A program made the position numbers and the translations under genes. Shown one piece after another: positions 14,001 through 23,000 of a stretch of 64,000 nt of DNA; position 1 is the first letter of the stretch; every line of letters begins with the position of its first letter. Below the pieces are notes generated by a model. The model did no database searches. It was not told the DNA's origin and saw only the letters and a program-made list of their open reading frames with translations. The DNA is from Macrostomum hystrix. Its lineage: Eukaryota > Animalia > Platyhelminthes. The DNA is taken from contig CATNEN010000003.1 of assembly GCA_950097015.1 (NCBI GenBank), positions 11,160,001 to 11,224,000 on the forward strand. The letters run 5' to 3'.

Positions 14001-17000
14001 CATGTTGTCGACGTGTTTATTTAGGCAAAGATTGGCGTCGAGGAGGACACCTAGAAATTTTACTTCCTGACAGTAGGGGACCTCCGTCTGCCCCAGCTGC
14101 AGTTTGGGTCGCAAGTCGGCGCGAGCTGTCGGCTTGTAGTTGAAGGCGATGGCCTTGCTCTTGTCGGCATTCAGTCTGATGCCTTGCTTTCCGCACCACT
14201 CCCAGACTTGTCTGAGGTAGCTCTGGAGGCATGTCCGCAGACCAGCAAAGGTGTCTGCGGAGGCCCAGATGGCCATGTCGTCAGCAAATTGACTGCGTTT
14301 CACGTTTGGATTCTCAGGAATCGGCATTGTGCTGACGTACAGCAGGTACAGGAGAGGACTCAAGATGCCTTCCTGAGGTACGCCAGCTAGGATTCTGATC
14401 AGCTCACTGAGCGAGTTGTTGACTCGCACCTGGATGTACCTGTTCCTGAGGTAGTCAGACAGGATGCGCGTCAGCATTGAAGGAAAGCCAGCGTTGAGCA
14501 TGCGGCTCCTGAGCATGTCGTGCCAGGCAGAGTCAAAGGCCGCCTCTACATCAAGGAAGACTGCAGCGGCCCTCTTTGCTTTGCACTTTGCGACCATCAT
14601 GTCCTGCACCAGTCGGCACAGGTTGTCGTAGGTGGAGTGGACTTTGCGATAAGCGCATTGGTCATCGCCAAGAATGTTCTTGTCCTCAAGGTATTTGGAG
14701 AGTCTCTTGGCAATCAGCTTCTCAAACACCTTGCCTAAGCAAGAGGTCAGGCTGATTGGCCTGTACGAGTTTGGATTGTCTGGCGGTTTGTCAGGCTTCG
14801 GGATCATTGTCACCACAGCTTTCTTCCAAGCGCTGGGGAAGATCCCTTGACTGAAGCAGGCGTTAAAGAGTTTGGTGATCCTGGTGATCGCCACGCCTTC
14901 AAGGCCGAGTTTGAGCACTCGATTGGGAATCTTATCCAGCCCGGGTGCTCCATCAGGCTTGAGGTGCTCAAGCTCCCACACTGTGTCGGCTACAGTGAAT
15001 GCGGCTTCAAGCGGGTGAGTGGCTATGCCATTGATGTCGGCCGGAATCGGATAGAAAGCGATGAACTTGGCCACTTCGGCCACCTCCTGTTTGAGCTGCT
15101 CGCAAGTGGATGGGACTGGGCGCATCTTTGAGTCCAGAGTGGCAGCGAGAAGGTTCGCTTTCTCCAGATCAGTGTGCGCACTGGTTTGACCCGAAGTGAG
15201 GGTTGGGATGGAGCTGGGCTTGAACTTGCCCATCAGCTTCCTGGTGTCATGCCAGAAGTTCTTGACCTTGCTGTTCTTGCTGTTCTCGACAACATTCTCA
15301 CACAGCTTGGTGAGCTTGCCGCTCTGGAAGGAAGTGATTTCCCTTTTGATCCTGTTGGCCATTTGGTTGGCCAGCCTTTTAAAGTTTTCATCCCGGGTGC
15401 TGTTGAAGAGGCGTCTGAGTCGTCGGCGCTCTCTAATCAGCTCAAGGATGTGCTTGGGCAGAGCATTTCGGCCACCACAGTCTGGCACAGTCGACTCAAT
15501 GACCGTGTGGATGGCCTTTGTGATGAGCTCGACCTCGGCGTCGATTTGCTGAGCACTCGATAGGCGAGTCGGCTGGTCAGGAAGAAGGGCTTCACTGATC
15601 TTCAGCCTGAACTGATCCCAGTCGGTTTTGGAAAAGTTTTTCGGCTTAGCGGGACCTGCCCACTTTGCCGACTGAATGTTGAGGGTGAGGATGATTGGCA
15701 GGTGGTCGCTGTCCAGGTCGGGACCGACTGCAAAGTCCTGCACAAAGGGCAGAAAGTCCTCCGTGGCCAGGCCGAGGTCCAAGACATTCCTGGAAGTGAC
15801 GCCATTCTTGGTGGCGATTCTGGTGAACTGGCCAACTTGATTGAGGATGGTGGGCGAGGCCAGACCTTCAGAGAGCCAGTCGTACAGCTCATGGCCAGCC
15901 CTGTTGTTGCTGCTGTCACCGCCAAGGAAGCGGTGTCTGGCATTGAGGTCGCCAAGGAGAACACTGCGTCTGCGCGAGACCAGGCTCTTGAGCAGGTTCA
16001 GGTTCAGGTGGTAAGGTGCCGGAGACCTGTACACCAGAGCCAGATTAAAGTCGGCACCGTGAGAGTTGTCAGACAGGCTGACGGTGCAGGAGATGGCTTC
16101 ATGGTTCACATTGTCGTAGTGCAAGCGAACATTTGTGAGTTTCACGCGCGGTGAGTGAGCAAGGAGCAGGCCGCGTCTGACATGCGGAGTGTCGTACCGG
16201 ATGATGGAGTAGCCAGGGATCTGGACCGTGTGCGAACTCTTGAGAATGGTTTCAGAGAAGAGAGCAATGTCTATCTCTTGACTAATGACCCATTGGGTGA
16301 GTTCTCTGCTTTTCGGGTGAAACCCTCTGCAGTTGAGGTGCATAATTTTCAGACCCGTTGTCTGGGTAATAGGGTTCCCATTTAAATTGAGGAATTTACA
16401 GTTTTCTGGTTTAGCTGCCTGGGCCCACGACCACGGTGGCGGTGGAGGCCATGCCAGACACGTCCTGGAGGACAGCCCGCACAATGTCCTCAACCATTTT
16501 ACTGGTCGATTCCACTGTGAGGAGCTCACCAGGCGGCCTGGACAGGGCCCGCACAATCACCTGGGTCAGAGAGCGGGTGATCAGGGGCAACAGCATGCTC
16601 ACCATCTGCTTCAAGTCAGTCTGCTGCTGCTGCTGTGGCTCACTGCCAGCGTCCAGGGAGGGTGCAGCCTCATTGGCGCTCGTGCACCTGGCGCTGACAG
16701 TCTCGGCAGCCGGTCGGCTCCTGGCATCATCGTTGCTGATGAACAGCGGCCGGATGGCGGCATTGACGGGCACGTTGCGGCGGCCTTGGCGCATCAGCCA
16801 GCCACTGTCCGAAGCGTCGGACACGTCGGCGGGCGCACTCGAGGCAGGCGGAGCATCCGTAGCCGCGGCTTCCGCAGCTCGCGCCGCAGCAGCTTTGGCC
16901 TCAGCTGCCGCCTTCGTCGCCTTGGCGTGCTCCTCCTGCGCAACAGTGCAGGCTCGGCTGGTCGTGCGGTGCTGACCACCGCAGTTGGAGCATGTCGCCG

Positions 17001-20000
17001 GGCCTTCGTGCTGGCAGTCCTTCCAGGCATGCGAGCCGCCGCAGATTCGGCATCGCAGCTCCACCTGGCACTGAGCTGCACGGTGGCCGAACTGCTGGCA
17101 GCGCTGGCACTGCAGGGCGCGGACCGGCTCGTCGGTGCGGCTCTCTTCGCAGCTGAACTTCAGAAAGTCAGTGCAGATGCCTTCGCGAAGGCACTGGTCG
17201 AATGTCGCTCTCGACTTCGTAAAGATGCGCATGTACCGGGTGGCCTGCCCGGATGCTCGCGCACGGATCCGATGCACACTCGTGATATCGAGCTTCAGGG
17301 ACTCGCGGAGCATGCTGGCGAATTCGGCTTCCGTGAAGGAAAACGGCACGTCGAGCGCCACAAAGGTGAGCAGTGGCTGCTGCCGTACTCTGTCAGCGCC
17401 AGTCCGGTTGTCCAGCGGCCGTGATCGTGCTGGTCGACGCTCGACACGGTGTCCGAGGAGGCTGTCCTGACGCAGAGCACCGCCTAGGAAGACGTTGTAA
17501 TCCCGCTCAGTGGCCGGGAATACTAGGTAGGCGGGCTGATTGGCCATTTCGGCTGTGTTGACGGCACGGGCATCGCCGGCAAAGTTGGCCTGCAGCCAGG
17601 TGATGAAGGCCACCAGCTTGCCCGCCGCGTTTCGGTGCACTTCAAAGACCACCGGTGGAATGGCAGCCTGGGGTCTTCGCAATGGAGCGCGGGCCGAAGC
17701 CACCTGCGCATAGGGCCGCGCTGTCGCAGCCTGGGTCGTTGAAGCAGCCGCCGCTGCCGCCGCCGCCGACGCCGCCGACGAACCCGTCACCGCGGTCGCC
17801 GACGCTGCCGCCGCACCAGCCGCCGCACCTCGGCCGCCGCCGCCACCTCGCGTGCCTCGCTGTCTGCCGCCGCCGCCACCGCGGCTGCCTCGCTGCTGAC
17901 CGCCGCCGCCGCGCTGACCACGTGCGCCGCGCTGACCGCCGCCGCCGCGCTCTGCCTGCTGGTCCTGGGGCTGGCCTGGGTTGCCTTGCCGGTCGCCGAA
18001 GGGACCGCAGTCCAGTGGCTGGCTGTAGGTTGGGTCGTCGGTCGCCGCCCTCTTGCGCCGCAGCTCCGGCTTGGTGACGCGGAACGTCAGTGAGATGCGG
18101 ACGCCGGTCTGGGTGCGAACTGCAGGCACCTGATGCTGCAGCCGCTTTTGACAATTGCCTCCCATGAGGATCAGCGATCCCGGGAGCGTCTGAAATCGAT
18201 GCGTGACGTTTCCGTCACGTCGACGCAACATAAAAGTTCGCTCAGCGCCGAACGACACTGTAGCGATGGTCGGCTTGTCGCCGAGCTCCTCCTCGTCATC
18301 CGCATGCCACGGAATCCGGTCCTCCGGCTCGGTGTAGAAGTTCACCAGAACGGAGTTGAACTTCGGGACCTCGAGCCCAGCATCGTCGTAAAGGAAGTCA
18401 CGAATGTCTTCGATTACTGGATGCCAGGTTTGATTTTCCTTCAGCTCAACCCCGCTGTAGGTGTACGCCGGGCCGATCCAGAAGACACGGCGCTGCTCGT
18501 GCGGGCGATGACGGAAGGCGAGTGGGAGCACGTCTGCCATCAGGCGCTGGTATATTTGGTCAGCGACCTCGCCAAGAAAGTAGGGCGCGTAGACGATGGT
18601 GCAGTCGCCCGCGTAGGTCGTCTGCTGGCACTCGCTGAAGTCCGGCTCGTCAGGGAAGACGATCTGCGAGATGTCGGCGTCTGACTGTGCAGCGGTGGGC
18701 TTCGGAATTGTCGTCTGGGCAATAGCAGCCGACTCGGATGCTGTTGGCGCTGGCGCAGGTGCTGCCGCAGCCTCAGTCTGTTGAGCAGCCGTCTCGGCTG
18801 CCTCGGCTTCATCGACGGACATTCTGTCGGCCGTCTCGTTTGAGTCCGCAGTCGCGGGGGCCGCAGTCACTGCTGGAGGCTCGTCTTCGACGATGACAAG
18901 CCGACCTTCTGGTGGGCTGAACGAGCCGCGGTCTTGGGCGCTGTTGGCCGGTTCTGAGGTCTCGCTGGCCGGCGTCGGAGTCGACATCAGCGCTGTCGCG
19001 ACCTTCGGCTGCAGCTTGCGACTGGCGTCTTCGGTGCGGCCGTACCGATGCTCGAGCGAGGGGCGGCCGTCGTGTTTTTTTGAAGTTGTGGCGCGATTCG
19101 CAGCCATATGGCGTGATTTCTCACTGGTGCAAGGTAAACAAAATAAGCAAAGGGGGCAGGTGGCACACAAAGTGCGCACTCAAGGGAGGGGGTGGGGGAC
19201 TGCTAGACTAAAACTAAAACTAAAACTACAAGTACAGGGGGAGAGAGAGACTGCAAAAATAAAACTAAAACAGGTGAGAATGAACAAGGAGCACTATAGG
19301 GAGCTTACTGGTGTACTTTAAAAGTACCCCCTTCTAGGAATGGGGTTGCACAAATCAAGGAACACTCAATGAATGTACCTCTCCACGGAAATCTTTAGTA
19401 AAAGGCGAAAGATTTAAGCGTGGAATGAAGAGAAACCATGTCTTTAGTATGTCTTTAAAATGTCTTTAGTAAGAAAAAAATAGACAGGACTTTCTCGCAG
19501 CCAGGCAGTAATTAAAATATGAAATAATGAATTAATGAACTAAACAGTAAGAATTTAAAAGGAATGAGATTAACGCTAAAGCTGTGGAAGCGACAAACTA
19601 GGTGAACAATGGTTTTTAGTGAACTTAAAAGAGTTTCTGATAACTTTAAAGTAGTCAATGAAAAACTATATATATATTATATTATAATTGTACGAAAAAC
19701 TCGTAGGCCGTTAATGGCACATCATTTGGTGACACTAGACCCGCAGCCAGCGAGGAGGCAATTCTGCCCATTCCGCTGACCCCTGAGCACACACGCACAC
19801 AGATACTGTACGCAGGCAAACGCTCACACAGGTGTGTACATCTGCCCTGACTTTCTCATCGGCAGGCTGTGTACAATTTCACTGTGCCTTGGAGGTTGGC
19901 CCTCAAGGGCGTAAATTGCACGACAAGCCCCCAAGCCTTCTCTCCGCGGCTGCGCCCCAAATGAATGTGGCCTCGCCGCGGAAAAAAACTTTGGGACCGT

Positions 20001-23000
20001 GGTGCGAGAGGCAAACGCGTTAACTGCTCTGTCACCGACCCTCATTATGAATAACTAGCAAGTCAGGTATATATGGAGTCTGATTTGTTGACAGCGGGTA
20101 GCGCAGAAATCACAGGTGGACAGACGATCCGATCTAAGTAAAGTATCTCCGATCTGAGGACCTACTGCCTATGCGTAAGTGGTAGGGTTGCTACCATCTT
20201 GGTCGGATTGGTCCATAGTCTCGTGGCTTCTCTAACTTTTGACCAGAAAACTGAGAAGAATTAACATATGAAAGGAAGAGACCTGAGACAACTTTTGTGG
20301 GAGCCTTTCACCCCACACAAGACGAAGCTGCTAAACGAGATTCGCTAGTTATACGAGCGTATTTTAAGTAGTGACTTGCAGGAAACTGCATTCCAAGAAA
20401 GACCTTGTGTCGAGATAAACATCTCTCCATAATATTATTTGTCCATAATATAATTTATAATATAATTTATAATTTGTCTTCATTTTTCAGTTGCTCACAC
20501 AGATTTATTCTACATTTGTTTGTTCCCGCAATGCTGCACTCCAGCTCACTTAGCATCCTGATTCCCATAGAATTCCACACCGCAGTGTAATATCACTTTA
20601 ATTTTACGTTCGTACTTCTCTCAGCATTCGCTCCTCCCATAGACACCCCGTACTGTACCCTCCATCGTTCTAGATACACTTAAATATACTAAGCAAATAT
20701 ATTTCTCAGACTTACGTCTCATAATTTAACCACAGCATAAATAACAATAAACATTCTTTCCATAACGGAAATCTTACATTATTTCCTAAACAGAAACCTT
20801 GTCCCAAATCCTGAATGAAACTGCATTCCAAGAGGGTCTTTGTTTTCCTGCACCCGCGTACTAATCCAAGATGCGTCTGCCCAAAAAGTTAGTTTTAAAC
20901 AAATCGCTGCAGCAGTTTTATCAGAATACTCGTTAATTGATATCAATTTAACTAGCCTATTTGCAAATCCTCAACATACGATTTTTTTACAAACTTGGCA
21001 GTATTAAGTACTCGTATCACTTCTCACAGATTAGGTTCTTAGATGGCGGCGGCATGCTAGAAATAAGCTACTAGCTCGTAGGTTGGGTTCGAATTCATAA
21101 GAATACTCAGGAGTCCAAGCGCGAACCATAAATACCGTTTAATTTGAGGCATTCAAACTCTTAGCCTTTGGCTTTATAAATTAAGTTCCTATTCTCACCA
21201 AACATTAAACTCCGGATGTGACCATTGCTAAGCTCCACTGTCTCCTCTCCGCTGCCATTTCTGAGCTGAGCAGCATCCACTCGGTCACACTCGCACCGAT
21301 CTTTCAGGTGTTGCCGTTTTCCTGGAATCAGCGTCATCGCGTCAATGTCCGATTCGTTGTCAAACCTGCCATCAAAAGTGTCCAGGCTTGCACCCCAACC
21401 ATCAGAGAAGCTGCCCACAGCGTTGAAAATCAATGGACATGTACTGGCATAATTAAAGAATCACAGAGAAAGAATTTTGTAAAAACGGCAAAAGAATATA
21501 ATAGATTAGAAATCACAGAAATTTGCAATGACGCTTCCAAAAGCTGTGTACAACGGTTCAGTCCATGGACTGGGGAGGTCACCTCAGAAACTGTAATTTT
21601 AACTCGTATACGTTTGCTTCTACCCGTTTTACTGGCTGCTGAATTGGAAACTTTCAGCTTTTAGGAACTTTCGTTTTGCCGTTCAAAGAGGAATTTCCCA
21701 AATCAGGTTCACGACTTATTACTTTAATTTTACACACGTGACTGTGAAAGTATTGCGAGCCTAAGAAACAAAGACAAACTTTGCTTCTCTTCACTGAGTA
21801 CACTGAGCGATGAGCGCTAAGCCTCTGTTTGGTTCGCAGAAGAAGCGAAATCGACTATAAAAACAAACTTTATATTTTTGCTTTGAACTTTCTTGCTCTG
21901 GCTCTGGATTTCAAACCTGGACTGAGCATTTGTTTGTTTTCCTTGTTTGTTGTTTGCTTTAGAAAGCCAGAGAGGATCAGCAAGCCAAACACATGCTCAA
22001 TTCTTGTCCCAGCCATCCCGACAGTCTCTGGCAGGAAATTCTCACCGAATCCGGAGCTCAGGATGTGGCCATTGCTGAGCTCCACTGTCAGAGCAGCCTC
22101 CACTCGGTCGCACTCGCACATATCTCTCGGGTGAATCGGCCTTCCTGGAATCAGCGTCATCGCGTCAATGTCCGATTCGTTGTCAAACCTGCCATCAAAA
22201 GTGTCCAGGCTTGTACCCCAACCATCAGAGAAGCTGCCCACAGCGAACCAGCCGTCAAAGTTCATTCTCTTCCTGAGAACATCCTGCAAGACGTCAGCCA
22301 CAGCCATCTGCAAAGCGGCCCTGGATTCCACGAATCCCGACTCAGAGAGCTTAGAGTGCAGCTGCCGGCTCAGCTCTGCGTCGCTGGGTGCGGCTCTGAG
22401 CAGGGAAAAGTAGACAGCAGTCAGGCACTACTTATTACGAGTTTGTTTTTGCGTAAGATTTAGCTTTTTATGAATTTTATTAATGTTATCAAATACAACA
22501 GGGGTCGGCAAACTCCGGCCCGCGGGCCAGATGCGGCCCTCGAAGCTCCCAAATCCGGCCGGTTGCCCCTTCTGACATCTACAGTGTCCTATTTCATCTC
22601 TCTCGTGTCTAATCTCTCCCGTGTCTAATCTCTCCCGTGTCTAATCTCTCCCGTGTCTCATCTCTCCCGTGTCTCATCTCTCCCGTGTCTCATCTCTCCC
22701 GTGTCTGATCTCTCCCGTGTCTCATCTCTCCCGTGTCTCATATCTCCTGTTTCTCATCTCTCCCGTGTCTAATCTCTCCCGTGTCTAATCTCTCCCGTGT
22801 CTCATCTCTCCCGTGTCTCATCTCTCCCGTGTCTCATCTCTCCCGTGTCTCATCTCTCCCGTGTCTCATCTCTCCCGTGTCTCATCTCTCCCGTGTCTCA
22901 TCTCTCCCGTGTCTCATCTCTCCCGTGTCTCATCTCTCCCGTGTCTCATCTCTCCTGTGTCTTATCTCTCGCGTGTCTCATCTCTCCCGTGTCTCATATC

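Larger units (their letters stand above)
12878..19439 (-). mobile_element. Apparently full-length non-LTR retrotransposon (Jockey/I-group-like) with AlkB-containing ORF1 and U5 snRNA-derived 5' end
   Basis: Exact 17-bp TSD GTCTTTAGTATGTCTTT at 12861-12877 and 19440-19456. Contains ORF1, ORF2 (APE+RT) and a ~675-nt AT-rich 3' UTR. Confidence 0.92.

Noticed and set aside
16333-18684. Antisense ORFs over ORF1 (and similar ones over ORF2, RTE, cGLR and Mcr exons)
   Set aside because: Shadow frames of GC-rich coding sequence with no motifs.
19325-19500. Independent functional U5 gene
   Set aside because: It lies inside the TSD, lacks the first few U5 nucleotides, and has no recognisable upstream snRNA promoter. 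A retroposed copy fits better.
6419-22395. Bacterial CBASS/CD-NTase operon
   Set aside because: Spliceosomal introns, metazoan Mab-21 motifs and metazoan neighbours, with no Cap effector genes.
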